A DNA stretch of 64,000 nt from Callorhinchus milii. Taxonomy: Eukaryota. The translations under genes were made by a program, and so were the position numbers. Where the stretch lies: NCBI RefSeq assembly GCF_018977255.1, contig NW_024704742.1, positions 66,342,001-66,406,000 on the forward strand, written 5' to 3'. Each line of letters starts with the position of its first letter. Positions within the stretch are counted from its first letter, which is position 1. This document shows positions 1-11,750 of this stretch, piece by piece. The notes below the pieces were generated by a model. That model ran no database searches, was not told where the DNA came from, and saw nothing but the letters and a program-made list of their open reading frames with translations.

Positions 1-295
1 ACTCTAGCTCTATAAAAGAGTTTGTTTGAGCCGACTAATTCAAAATAGAAACTTTTTTCCCATGAACTGAACTCCATTGTATTGTCCATTCCACGTAAGA
101 CTTCAACATTTTCTTTAATTTCATTTTTAATTTGGATCATTTGTAAGTAATTAAAAGAAATTGTTGCGAAATGTATTATAAGTAATTATAGTAAATATTA
201 AAAGAAAAAGCTAAAACTATAAAAAGTACCAAAAAGGAAGATAAAACGCAAGCTGCCATTGCATGATAGTTTAATGATTTGAACATTTGTTTTAG

Positions 296-460
296 TTTTC
301 TGCCATGCCTTGGGATCAGGGTTGAAGGACAGATGTTTTTGTGATCCTGAGAGCATTGGAGACGGAGTGAGAAGCAAGACAGCTGGCCTTTTCCTGGAGC
401 TTTTTCGCCCTCTTTGTGCGATACTGACCTGGTTGAACTTGGAACAAAATCAGCGTGAAG
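296..460 (+). CDS. CCDC142: CCDC142 internal coding exon (first in window), phase 1 to 1
   Basis: tttgttttag acceptor and GAAG|gtcagt donor. Translates xFCHALGSGLKDRCFCDPESIGDGVRSKTAGLFLELFRPLCAILTWLNLEQNQRE, resembling the FCQALGSAL..ELLQQLFPPL segment of mammalian CCDC142 as I recall it. Not in the ORF track. Confidence 0.82.
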
Positions 461-1228
461 GTCAGTAAATAAATTTGGGATAGATGATGAGGTCTTGGGA
501 CACCAAAAGTATTTTTGTGGCAATTTAATTCTAAAAATAGTGNTTTTTTTCAGCTGCGGATCTCATTATCAAGACATAGTGGATTGTAATTTTAGCAATG
601 AATGTATGCTTTAGCATCCATTGTCTTAAAATATAGAATATGTATTGTAAGTGTTTTTTTCAGCTAAATGTATTTCAAAACTTCAAACTCAAGGCTTCTT
701 CAGTTAAGAAATCCTTTACTGTTGCCAGTAACATTTTCCTAGGAAGGTGCACCAAAAAAAGTAGAAGCTGAAGGATATAACATTTTATATAAGGAATTTC
801 TTTCCTGCAAGTAAGACATTCCTGTTAAGTTACTTTCACTGCATGCGAGCATGAGCCCTTGAATCAGTGTATCTGTGCTTCATGAGTTTTACACAATGAA
901 ATATGCTTGAAATTAGTTTTATTTTTAACCTTGTGTAACTTATCCTTGCAATGGAAGGAGGAACATCTTGAAGATAATACTCGAGATCATGTTAAGCTCT
1001 GCTTTCTGAGAATTTCTCGAATATCTATCGCCATCTTTCAGATAACTAAACTGGTTGCTCTTTCAGCAAGAATGTAAAAACATAGGGGCACATGTTTATC
1101 AATAGGGGCTTCAAAACGATTGGAAAAGATTGTATTGTTAAAATATGCATTGAGATATTTCAATTCCATGCAATTAAGTGTCAGATACTTTAATTATATT
1201 TATATTTATAATACTATAATTATATATA

Positions 1229-1420
1229 TCCAGAAGGCTGTGGATTGAACATATTCAAGACTGAGATCGATAGATTTTTAAAAACTAAAGGGATTAAGGG
1301 ATATGGGGAAAGGGTGGGTAAATGGAATTAGGTTAGAAGATCAGCCATGATCTTATTAAATGGCGGGGCAGGCTCGAGGGGCCAAATGGCCTACTCCTCC
1401 TCCTATTTTGTGTGTTCTTA
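1229..1420 (+). mobile_element. CR1 LINE 3' end fragment
   Basis: Matches the 3' end of the CR1 at 60495-60698 (gatcagccatgatcttatt...ggctcgaggggcc.aatggcctactcct). Confidence 0.9.
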
Positions 1421-1502
1421 TAATTAGTATAGGCATGAGAAATCACAAGAAGCAATCATGTGTGAGATGGAACCTTTGTACTCTCATGGGGGTGGGAGGG
1501 AC

Positions 1503-1900
1503 CAGCCTGGCTCAGTTAGTAGCACTTTATGATTTAACCTCATATTGAGTCTTTGAGCTGATAGTTTCAGCTGACACTCTAGTGCAATGCTGGGGGTGCC
1601 GCTAGATCGTCAGAGCTACTGTCCTTCGGATGAGACATTAGATTCCATCTGCCTGTTCCTGTGAACAATAGAGATCCTGTGGCACTACTTAAAAAGAAAA
1701 GGGAGTTAGTTTCTCTTGGTATCCTGCCAAGAGTTCCCAAGATAAAATTGGTCATTCACTTCATGGATGTTAGTGGGACATTGCTGTACGCAAATTGGCT
1801 GCTGCATTTGCCTACACAATACAGTCACTGCACTCAATAGTAAACCCTGTGAAACGTACTGACATTTTGTCAATGTAACAATGTGCAAATGCAAACCTTG
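1503..1900 (+). mobile_element. Old tRNA-headed DeuSINE (SacSINE1-like)
   Basis: cagcctggctcagttagtagcac tRNA-like head, Deu-like core gtccttcggatgagacatta..gatcctgtggcacta, then gggacattgctgt..caaattggctgc and an L2-type tail. Confidence 0.75.
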
Positions 1901-2359
1901 TTATCATGAAATCTGCAGGATATCGGGGATACACCTATAATACTGTCATAAGAAAATATGAGAAAAGACCCTTTGGTTCATGAAATCCTCTCCTCCGACA
2001 GCCATTCATTTCCCTTTCCCTGGTTATTGCTCCCCTCCCCCTCAGTGCCCTATCTTCAAGAATCCTATACTTCTTTTCTAACCTCTTGGTAATCAGGCAA
2101 AGTTACAGCTACCTGCATGAGCAGTTACATATTATTTAAATCTATCCATGTTAAAACATTGATACAACAAAAATATATAAATTAATTATTTATATTAACA
2201 TATAAAAAATTCAGTGTATTAGAGGATACTTATGCATTTTTGAGGGAGTAGGTAATAGAGGGGTGTAATGGGGAATAATGGACATTAACACCAGCAAGGA
2301 CTAGTTGGGCGAACGGCCTGTTTCCGTAGTGTAAATCCATATAGCTTCTGTCTTTGAAT

Positions 2360-3209
2360 AGTTCCAATCCTATCTCTCACACCGGCTCAAATTTGTCTCC
2401 ACCAATGGCTTCTCCTCCAGCCCTGCACTGTCTCGGGCGGTGTTCCTCAGGGCTCTGTCACCGGTGCTTTTCTCTTCACCCTCTACATGCTCCCTCTTGG
2501 CAACATCATCCGCAGACATGAGTCAACCTCCACGTGTACACGGATGACGCCCAACTCTATCTCTCTGCCTCCACCCTCGAATCCACGACCATTGCTGTCC
2601 TGACAGACATAACGTTCTGGATGAGAGCCAACTTTCTACCATTGAACGTCAACAAAACCGAGGCTCTCCTGATAGGCTCACACCAGTGCCTCTGCACCTC
2701 AGGCACTGGCAGCATCAGCATCCATGGCTGCACACTCCACCTCGCCAAGCCAGTCAGGAACCTGGGCGTCTTGTTGGATCCTCAACTGTCCTTTCTCCCC
2801 CACATCCATTCCATGACCTGCTCTGCCTTACCCACCTCCTCAACATGGCTGGACTCCACCACTGCCATACCACTCAGGCCAGCGAAACCTCATACAAGCA
2901 TTCGGCACCTAAAGACTCAACTACGGAAACTCCCTCCTTGTTGGCCTTCTCAACTTTTCCCTCCACAAGCTGCAGATCATTCAGAACTCTGCAGCTTGTG
3001 TGCTTTCCCGCTTCAGGCTCTGTGACCCGATTATGCCCACTCTTGCCCGGCTTCACTGGCTCCCCATCTCTTAGATGATCGAGTTCAAATTCTCGTCTTC
3101 ACCTTCAAGGTCCTCCATGGTCTTGCCCCCACCTACCTCTCCAACCTGCTACCCCTTATCAACCTGTCTACTCTCTCCGCTCAGCAGGCTCTGGCTTGCT
3201 TCAGGCCCC
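2360..3209 (+). mobile_element. L2 LINE, decayed RT / ORF2 C-terminal region
   Basis: GVPQGS-like codons, YTDDAQLY (YADD motif), LNVNKTEALLIG and VRNLGVLLDPQLSF; frameshifted. Confidence 0.92.
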
Positions 3210-3232
3210 TGCATTTTTGAGGGAGTAGGTAA

Positions 3233-3440
3233 GGCTGAAGACCCGACCACCGATGGTGGAACAGGCAGTGCTAGTGACATGGAGCAGGCCAGTGCCTGCA
3301 AAGTGGAAGGAGCGAACAGGTTGGTGAAGTTTTAATGGGTTGCAGAGCAAGTCCATGGAAGGCTTTAAAGATGAGAACAAGGATCTTGAACTCAATCCTC
3401 TTGGTGGTGGGGAGCCAGTGAAACTGGGCAAGGATTGGGG
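3233..3440 (-). mobile_element. L2 fragment in inverted orientation
   Basis: Reverse complement encodes the LHWLP..RIEFKIL.L.FK.FH region of L2 ORF2. Confidence 0.8.
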
Positions 3441-3444
3441 GTGA

Positions 3445-4345
3445 TCAGGTTTGACCCCCAATTATCCTTCCTCCCCATATCCGGTCCCTCACCAGCACTG
3501 CTTTCTTCCACCTCCGACGCATCGCCCGTCTTTGCCAATATCTCACCCCAAAAGCCGCTGAAACCCTGATCCATGCCTTTGTCACCTCTTGGCTGGACTA
3601 TTCAAATGCTCTCCTCGCCGGTCTCCCCTCCACCACCCTCCAAAACCAAAACCAATAATAAAAATTGGTCATTTTCAATCTACGGCTGTTTGTGGGACAT
3701 TGCTGTGCACAATTGGCTGCCGCGTTCACCCACAAATATACAGTCAATTCACTTTACAGTGTGTTCTGTGAAGCGCTTTGGGACGTCCTCCCGACGTGAA
3801 AAGCGCTATAACAAATGCAAGGATTATTATTATTATTATATTATTCGTAAAATCCAGGTCATCCAGAATTCTGCTGGCCGCATTCTTACCCGCACCAAAC
3901 TCTGCTCCTCAATTATCCCAGTCCTTGCCAGACTGCACTGGCTGCCTGTCCCAGAGAGGATCGATTTCAAGACTCTCACTCTTGTCTTCAAATTCTTCCA
4001 CTCCTCTACACCCGCTCTACCTCTCTGACCTCTCTCCTCACAACAGTGCCCGTTGCCTTTGCTCCACCAGGTCTGGCCTCATCATTGTCCCCCCGAATCC
4101 TCTGATCCACCATCGGTGGCCGTGCCTTCAGCCACTACGCCCTGATGCTCTGGAACTCCCTTCCTCACTTCCTTCACCTCGTCCCCTCTCTTCCTACTTT
4201 CAGGTTTCGGCTAAAGATCTTTCTTTTTGACCACGCCTTTGGTCATCTTCTTCCCTCTCCCCCTGGCTTGGCCCCGTTATTGTGAAGCGCTCTGAGTGGA
4301 GGTCGTGGCGTGGAGGGCACTATATAAATCCAAGTTGTTGTTGTT
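3445..4345 (+). mobile_element. L2 LINE 3' portion with (TTG)n tail, interrupted by a SINE
   Basis: IQVIQNSAGRILTRTK..IIPVLARLHWLPVPERIDFK; tail gcactatataaatccaagttgttgttg. Confidence 0.9.
3636..3845 (+). mobile_element. 5'-truncated young SINE nested in L2
   Basis: Near-identical to the 3' half of the SINEs at 11316 and 43649; the L2 sequence is continuous across it. Confidence 0.92.
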
Positions 4346-4504
4346 GATCGGCGCACAAACTTAGTGCGTGAGAAGACACGAGCTGCAGAGTTCTGAATAA
4401 CCTGATGTATGTGGAGGGAAGGGTTGGGAAGCCTGGCGAGCAGGGGGTTAGTGTAGTCAAACCTGGATGTAATGAAAGCCAGCTAATTAATTGATTAATT
4501 CGTT

Positions 4505-4986
4505 AATTGCATTTGATATGATACCTTATCACATCATGGAACTATCTCAAATATTTTCACAGGGTTTTACTGCAAAGTGTAGTAATTGTGTATTTTGTAA
4601 GCGAACATGACGGCCATTTAGCACACATCAGTGTCCCACAAACAACCATATGAAGTGAATAACCAATTTTATTTGGGGATTGTTGGTCAGGACACCGGAA
4701 GATATTCCCTTCTAATTTTGAAAAGTGCCATGAGATCTTTAACATTACCTGAACAGACAGATGGAACCTCAATATAACGTCTCATTCAAAGGACAGCACT
4801 TCAGAGAAAGTATAATACAAAATTACATTTGTATAGTGCCTTTCACATCGGGAGAACGTTCCTTGGCCCATAGTAGCCCATTCCCATCACTTCACTGGAG
4901 GGTCAGCGTAGACCATGAGTTCCAAGTGCCAAGTGAGGCTTGAGCCCATAACCTTATAACTCAGAGGTGAGAGTGCTGCCAACTGA
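4505..4986 (-). mobile_element. DeuSINE-type element with a short L2 tail inserted
   Basis: Reverse complement has a tRNA-like head, Deu-like core and L2-type tail; colinear with the copy at 47735-48167. Confidence 0.75.
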
Positions 4987-5254
4987 GGTATACTTATTTG
5001 CACATGAACCAGATGGTGATGCACTGTATGTCAGAAGAAAAAATAGATTTAAAGTTTCCATTTGCACATCAGATTTTTTTTCTCCTATTTGCAGGTCTAA
5101 TTAAAATGACTTTGAATATTTTTTCCAGAAGAAGTAATGAGTATATTATTTTACAGAGGTTTACAAAACAATTATTTTCCATGCCTTAAATTACTGCAGC
5201 CAAGCAAGTTAATGCTGCCTGTTCAGAATATTCTTGAGGAGGGCAGAGGAGAAG

Positions 5255-5532
5255 AAACAAACAACAACTTGCATTTATTTAGCATCCTTCATGCGGGCTA
5301 GTGACTCAGAGCACTAAACAAAGGCAGAGCTTGATGCAAAGCCAGGGAGAGAGAGGGGAGGTGACAGTAGGCACAGTCGAAGAGGAAGGTCTTCAGGTGC
5401 GATCTGAAAACGGGTAAGCATGGGACAGGAGGAGGGATTGAGGTAGAGAGTTCCAGAGTTTATGGACATAGTGGCTGAAAGCACAGCAACTGATGGTGGA
5501 GGGGACAAGGGACATGCAGAAGGAAGAGGCAC
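5255..5532 (-). mobile_element. L2 3' end fragment
   Basis: aacaacaacttgcattta tail and gaagaggaaggtcttcagg segment shared with the L2 at 57200. Confidence 0.8.
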
Positions 5533-5924
5533 TAATAGGTCGTATTTATATCAATTATAAATATGATTTAAACCCTTGACTGTTAACAGGTAAGGAGAAA
5601 TTTTTCTCCAAAACAAAGCAGTTCTGTATCATTTTTGTTAGCACTTTGCAATTCAGAAAAAAAATCATAGTATTACAATATACCACTGTGCCACTCAAAC
5701 ATCAGAAGTAACTTCCATTACTGTGATAAGTCTAATCCACTAAAATAAATGTACAAAGCATATTTTAAAATATAAATATAAAAAAAATTCTTGTGTTCCT
5801 TTTGTTTTTTTCAACTATTTTTGCTTCCCTTTTGTTTTTGGCTCCTGTTTCAACTTTTTTTTATATATTAGCCTTTCCCTACCTGATCTGTTTCATAATA
5901 TCTCTTGTAACTTTTTTTTCACAA

Positions 5925-6252
5925 AAATAATAATAATAATAATCCTTGCATTTGATATAGCGCTTTTCACGTCAGGAGGACGAACCAAAGCGCTTCACAG
6001 AACACACTGTAAAGTGAATTGACTGTATATTTTGTGGGTGAACGCGGCAGCCAATTGCGCACAGCAATGTCCCACAAACAGTCGTCGATTGAAAATGACC
6101 AATTTATTATTGTTTTGGGTTTTGGAGAGATTATTATTAGGCTCTGTGTGGAGTAAGGAAACTTGCCCAAGGTTTCGCCCTCTGCCTGGAATTGAACTCA
6201 GGTCTCTCACTTGCAAAGCGAGTGCTCTAACCACTGAGCTACAGGACTCCAC
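5925..6252 (-). mobile_element. Full-length young tRNA-derived SINE (short variant)
   Basis: Reverse complement gtggagtcctgtagctcagtggttagagc (A box)..ttgcaa..gagttcaattcc (B box), a Deu 3'-like body, an L2-type hairpin tail and (ATT)n. Confidence 0.95.
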
Positions 6253-7387
6253 AATTTAGTTTAATCGTACACAATGTAGTTTAATCGTTTTAAGTGTAGA
6301 GTGAGAAATTCCACCTTGATCTAGATTTACTCCAAATTATGTAGTATTTCAATCATGCAGAATTTGACAAATTCTTAAATACAGCTTCTACTTTGAAGTT
6401 CATTTTCTGTAAGATCTTCTAAGAACGCCAGAAACCCAGCTTCAAAGTTAAGACTGAATTCAATAATTTGCCATTTCTGGACACTCTCAAATGTTCTATA
6501 AATACAGTACATCTATACCTCGTGGATTTTCTCCCCTGTAATCTTTTAGATTTCTTCGAGTTCCCACCCTCAAATGGAGGTAGGAACAAGTTTCTTTTTA
6601 AATTTTGTTTTGGTTGACGGCCAATTTCACACTAATCAAAGGTCCAGGCCTTTTGATTAACAAAATCGCATTATAGATACAACCGGGCCAATTACTAATG
6701 TGTCTGGAGTCGCCAACCTGGCCGTAGTTAGTCAACAGGACTGGGATAAGTGAACTCATCTGCAATGCTCAGGGTTAATTTCCGAAATCTTTGATTGTTG
6801 TAACACCTTCTGCCTTTGGTTTTCTGCACCAGATTATATAGTAACACAGACTGAATGTCATGTTATTTAAAATGAGACATGATTGTACATCATGACAATC
6901 TGGATTCAGTACTTTTTACTGAATTACTTGGACCGCTCGATCAGTTATTAAGCATGTAATGTGGTATAATATGTCAAGTAGGTAAATTCCAGGTAAACTG
7001 CTTGCAATAAAATTATACTTCAGATCCATTTATCAGTGTTGCAAAACCCGCTTTTGTGATTTCTAGCATGCATTAAAGGGCATGTAGTAACTAAACAGCT
7101 GGCGATTGCACAAAAAATATAAATGTAACAAACCAGGCATATTAAGAATATAGAGATGAATTGCAACACTATAGTTCTATATTAATCTTATATATTTTTA
7201 GACATTTTATAATGATAAATTATCTATGGGTGGAACACTGAGTTTAACCCAGGTCCCCATAAAACCTTCACAATTCCCTCATACACTATGGAACTTTGCT
7301 ACTCGTCTCAAGACTTTCTTCTGCTTCAAGGTGTTCCTCTTTGATCATGTCTTCAGTCATCCATGGGTGGGGGTGAAGAGGGAAAAG

Positions 7388-7762
7388 ATAATAATAATCC
7401 TTGCATTTGATATAGTGCCTTATCACATCTTCAATTTGTCTCAAAGCGCTTCACAGAATATATTGTAAAGTGAATTGACTGTATATTTTGTAGGCGAAAC
7501 GTGACAGCCAATTGAACACAGCAGTGTCCCACAAACAGTCGTGGATTGAGTGACCAATTTATTATTCTTTTTTAAGAAAAGAATTATTACCCCCGGAAAA
7601 GCGATCCGCCAATCGACTGACAACCGGGTTCCTACTTGATGCTAGGTAAACAGAGGCGTGTGGAGTAAGGAAACTTGCCCAACGTTTCTTCCTGCCGGGA
7701 TTCTAACCTAGGTCTCTCGCTTGCGAGGCGAGCGCTCTAACCACTAAGCTGCAGGACTCCAC
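7388..7762 (-). mobile_element. tRNA-derived SINE (long variant)
   Basis: Same head and tail, with an extra internal block ctgtttacctagc..aggaacccggttgt.agtcgattggcggatcgcttttccgggg. Confidence 0.93.
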
Positions 7763-7764
7763 CG

Positions 7765-8090
7765 ACTGAAAGCTGGCTAAAAGCATAGTGAAAGAGGAAG
7801 GTCTTGAAGCAGACATTGAAGGGGTTAGTTGAGGGGATTCCAGGATGGAGTTCCAGAGAGCGGGGGCAGGCAGATTCGCTGAAAGCCCGATCGTTAATGT
7901 TGTAAGCAAGCCAGGTTTGTTTGTAGGGATTGAGGAAGTCACAGAGGTAATGTAGGCCAATCGACTAACAACCGGGTTCCTACTTGGTGCTAGGTAAACA
8001 TGGACAAGGATTTTGAACTCGATCCACTGGGAGATGGGGAGCCAGTGGAGCCAGGCAAAGATAGGGCTGCTGGACTCACAGAGCCTAGTG
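7765..8090 (-). mobile_element. L2 fragment
   Basis: ORF 7703-8113 contains SPIFAWLHWLPISQWIEFKILV. Confidence 0.82.
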
Positions 8091-8460
8091 ATAAGGTGCT
8101 GTAGCAAATGCAAGGATTATTATTATTAAAAGCCTCCTCTCAGCCAATTCAATGTATGACATTGAATAGTAAATGAGTTTAGGAAATATCAATCTTTTGG
8201 GCCCTAGTTCAGTAAAATTGTATTATCATTTCAAAACTTCAAAATCTCAATTAGATATCATGTGGAACTGCAGAACAGTTGACTGGTTAAATATTATTTC
8301 TCTTTTTTAAAAAAACTAAATGAGTATCCTACTAAGAACAGAATTAAAATTTATAGGTAAATTAATTGATAGTCACAAAATAAATATTTTTTTGGTGGGG
8401 GTGCTAATCATTTTCTTTCAAAAAATGGGAGAACATCAAAGGAAAACATGAGACAACATC

Positions 8461-8494
8461 CCCCCCCCCCCCCCCACACACACACACACACACA
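8461..8494. repeat. Poly-C followed by (CA)n microsatellite
   Basis: Read directly from the sequence. Confidence 0.95.
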
Positions 8495-8574
8495 TACAAT
8501 AAATTGGGTGAAACTTGGGAGTTACTTAGGAACCTGTCGTTAAAAGGCAGGTTCCAAAAGAAGGAGCTAGCAGA

Positions 8575-8757
8575 GTTGAAAAGTGGCCCTCTGCCTTGCC
8601 CCTTCCTTCTCCATCTTCAGATTGTGCCTGAAGACCTTCTACTTTGACTGTCCCTACTGTCACCTCCTCTCGGCTCAGCATTGTGCTCCCCCATTGTCAA
8701 GCACTCTGGGATGCTACTCTGTTGTGAGGGGCGCTATATAAATACAAGTTGTTGTTG
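8575..8757 (+). mobile_element. L2 3' end fragment
   Basis: cctgaagaccttctactttgactgt...gggcgctatataaatacaagttgttgttg. Confidence 0.8.
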
Positions 8758-8967
8758 GGGGATTTTCTGGACGTTCACTTGATCATTTTTGGAAATCAGG
8801 CAGTGTTTAGGCAAGTTTTCTTTAAGAATATTAAATAAGTGTGGTAGATTCAGTAGTCGTGTAAATTGTACAGGGTCTATGGAATGTGCTGTATGACATT
8901 TCTGAATGTTTGTTTATTCCATACCATCTTGTATTCTTAACAGTGAAATCTGTATTCTGTGTTGTAG

Positions 8968-9143
8968 GTTCGAGCACTGGAGTGGTCTGTAAGCTTGCAG
9001 TGCCACACATTTTATTGCCAACAATGACTCATTGCCTCGTTACAGTCCAGGCTTCGTCATATTGGCTGATGACGAAAGCCTTCCAATTTCTTTCTTTTTG
9101 GTCTTTGAACCAGTTTCTACTGGTAACACAAGGAGATTTAAAA
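8968..9143 (+). CDS. CCDC142: CCDC142 coding exon, phase 1 to 0
   Basis: ctgtgttgtag acceptor and AAA|gtgagt donor. Translates (G)SSTGVVCKLAVPHILLPTMTHCLVTVQASSYWLMTKAFQFLSFWSLNQFLLVTQGDLK, resembling the CCDC142 W..gsFLLliQkDL motif; phase matches the previous exon. Confidence 0.88.
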
Positions 9144-9314
9144 GTGAGTGCTACGCTTTTCATATTCAATTTCCATTGCTTTGAGTCTCTGTAAGTCATT
9201 GTTTTTACATGCACTATTCTGAGTTGTTCTGTTTGATCAGTCGACATAACAATAATCTCACATGGAAATACTAGCTTAAATTTTTGAGGTTGTTACATTG
9301 AAATCTAAGAATTG

Positions 9315-9920
9315 CATAGATTTACATAGACTACAAGACGAAACAGGCCATTCAGCTCAGCTAATCCGTGCCAGTATTTATACTCCACATGAGTTTCCAC
9401 GTGCTCCTTATTCCCTTCCATGCCCTTCTATTTCCTTCTCCCTCACCTGTATATCTAGCTTTCTCTTAAATGCATTTATACTATCTGCTTCAACCAGCAC
9501 TTTGGGCAGCGAGTTCCACATTCTCATGACCCCTGGGTAAATTCACTTTTAAATCCTAGTAACTATTTTATACCTGTGTCCCCTGGAGCTCCAACAACTG
9601 GTAATAGCCTATTTGTTGTTAACCTTATCAAACTCGTTTATAATTTTAAATACCTGTATTAAGTCCCCTCAAATGTCTGTTTTCTAGTGAAAAAAGGTGA
9701 AACCTCTCCAGTCTATCCTGATAGTAGTAACCTGCCAGTCCTGGTATCATCTCAGTAAACTTTCGCAGTACTCTTTTCAATGCTGTTTTATCGTTGTTGT
9801 AGTCTAATCAAGGTTGAATGCAAGTTCAACATTGCATTCTCATTTTTTTTTAACTCTATCCCTCTGGATATAAAGCTCAAGATCCAGTTGGCCTTCTTAT
9901 AGCCTTGTCTACCTGAATTG
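9315..9920 (-). mobile_element. Decayed CR1 LINE 3' portion
   Basis: acaggccattcagc, gagttccacattctc, ctctccagtctatcctgatag and cctggtatcat are reverse complements of the CR1 ORF2 end and 3' UTR seen at 33041-33627. Confidence 0.8.
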
Positions 9921-11029
9921 CTCAGGACTTAGAAATGTGAGCAAGTTTATCCAATAGATCAGCAAGTTTATCTAAAACAACAAGATTACATTTGTATAGT
10001 GCCTTTCGCGTCGGGAAGACATCCCAAGGCGCTGGATAGTGTACAGCATTTCAGACCATAGTGACTAGCTGAGACATATGAAACAGGTAGGCCCCAGGTC
10101 TCATTCCTGGTTTGTGTGAAGTCAGCTTATCTCTCTCATCTCGAATATTTGATGCACTGCAGTTTGCTTCAGCAACCAAGTTAGGGAGAAAAAACATCAT
10201 CTAGGTTTTCAGGTCCTGATCACTGTCCAGTGTGACAACAATGCTCTCTGTTAGATGTTCAGTGAGGATAGAATCAGGTTTGACTGTGATGCTTCCTACA
10301 AAGGATTAGTCTGTGAAAATTTAGTGTCAAGACTCACATATGAATAATGGTGTGAGCTCTCAGGGTGAACACTGTTGAATTATACAGTGGAGCCCTGTTA
10401 TAATGTAGTTGTTCAGATCCATAAAATCCTAACCAGGGCTGTAATGGGACACGGTCACTGGTCTGGTTTCCACAATAACTGCACATGTGCAGAAAGACGA
10501 TAAGGCATTTGGTGAAGCCAAATTGGCCACGTCCAGGGCATTGGGTTGCCACTGGTTTCAATTCCTCTGGGCTATACATGCACACAAAAAGCCTTGCAAA
10601 ATATAATCTAACTTACTAGCACAAATAGGTTAGGTTATGTATTAGTACAATGCATAACAAAAGCTACCAGCACAAACAGATTAGGTTGCTTATTGTAATA
10701 ATGAGTAGGTTAGAATGTGCTCTCTCACTTGATGTGCAGCATGATAGCCAGTGGTATCACGTTAAACGATTCTCCCTTTAGGAGAGGAGGTGGAAATAAT
10801 AGATTGTTGCACTTTGCTATTGCAGGAGATGGAGCATAAATAAACTGCTAAACATCAGTGGGCATAGTTGTGATCAGTCTGATGGAGGAAATGAAGATTA
10901 ACTCTGTAGTGTGTGAGGATTGTTAGGAAACCGTTTCTCACGATCCCATTACTTTTTACTGGCTCCAGTTGATGTTTCCCTGAAAAAACAGTTACCATCA
11001 AAAATGTCATTAACGGTTGTGAGCTATTG

Positions 11030-11750
11030 TGTCACCCAGGCCCAGTGTGTAGTATTTTTGCTGTATATGTGTGCTATGTTGTCAGAGGTGCCATTCTTTG
11101 GATGAGACGTTAAACTATGAATAAGCTACAAGGGTACGGGGAAAGCGCAGGTAAATGTGACTGAAAGGAAAAAGAGCTGCATTCTTCTTTACTATAAATT
11201 TCCATAGTCTTCTCGACTTCGCACGTTAAAGGTCTCATGACACTATTGGAAAAAAGAAAGGAGCCTCAGTGTCCTTGCTGATAATCCCCACCCCCAATAA
11301 AATTGATAATTGACTTAATAATAATAATCCTTGCATTTAATATAGCGCTTTTCACGTCGGGAGGACGTCCCAAAGCGCTTCACAGAACACACTGTAAAGT
11401 GAATTGACTGTATATTTGTGGGCGAACGCGGCAGCCAATTGCGCACAGCAATGTTCCACAAACAGTCGTAGACTGAAAATGACCAATTTATTATTGGTTT
11501 TGGTTTTGGAGGGATTATTATTAGGCTCTGTGTGGAGTAAGGAAACTTGCCCAAGGTTTCGCCCTGCTTGGAATTGAACTCAGGTCTCTCACTTGCAAAG
11601 CGAGTGCTCTAACCACTGAGCTACAGGACTTAACGTGTTTGTGGAAACTGACTACCTGCAAATTAGTTGCAGCATTTTCCTACAAAATACATCGTCACAA
11701 AATATCCTGTGTAACACTTTGAGACATTCTCTGACATGAAAGAACTATTT
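11030..11750 (+). mobile_element. Old DeuSINE split by a CR1-tail fragment and a young SINE
   Basis: tgtcagaggtgccattctttggatgagacgttaaac ... gttaaaggtctcatgacacta ... caaattagttgcagc pieces occur in Deu order. Confidence 0.65.
11316..11630 (-). mobile_element. Young tRNA-derived SINE (short variant)
   Basis: Near-identical to 5925-6252 and 43649-43970. Confidence 0.95.

Noticed and set aside
6170..6252. tRNA-Ala-like sequences at SINE heads
   Set aside because: Each is attached to a SINE body and lacks a proper acceptor stem, so these are not tRNA genes.
11315..11554. Recurring ORFs of the MGKFPYSTQSL...KCKDYYY type (also 5967, 43600)
   Set aside because: Chance translations of near-identical SINE copies, mostly with non-ATG starts.
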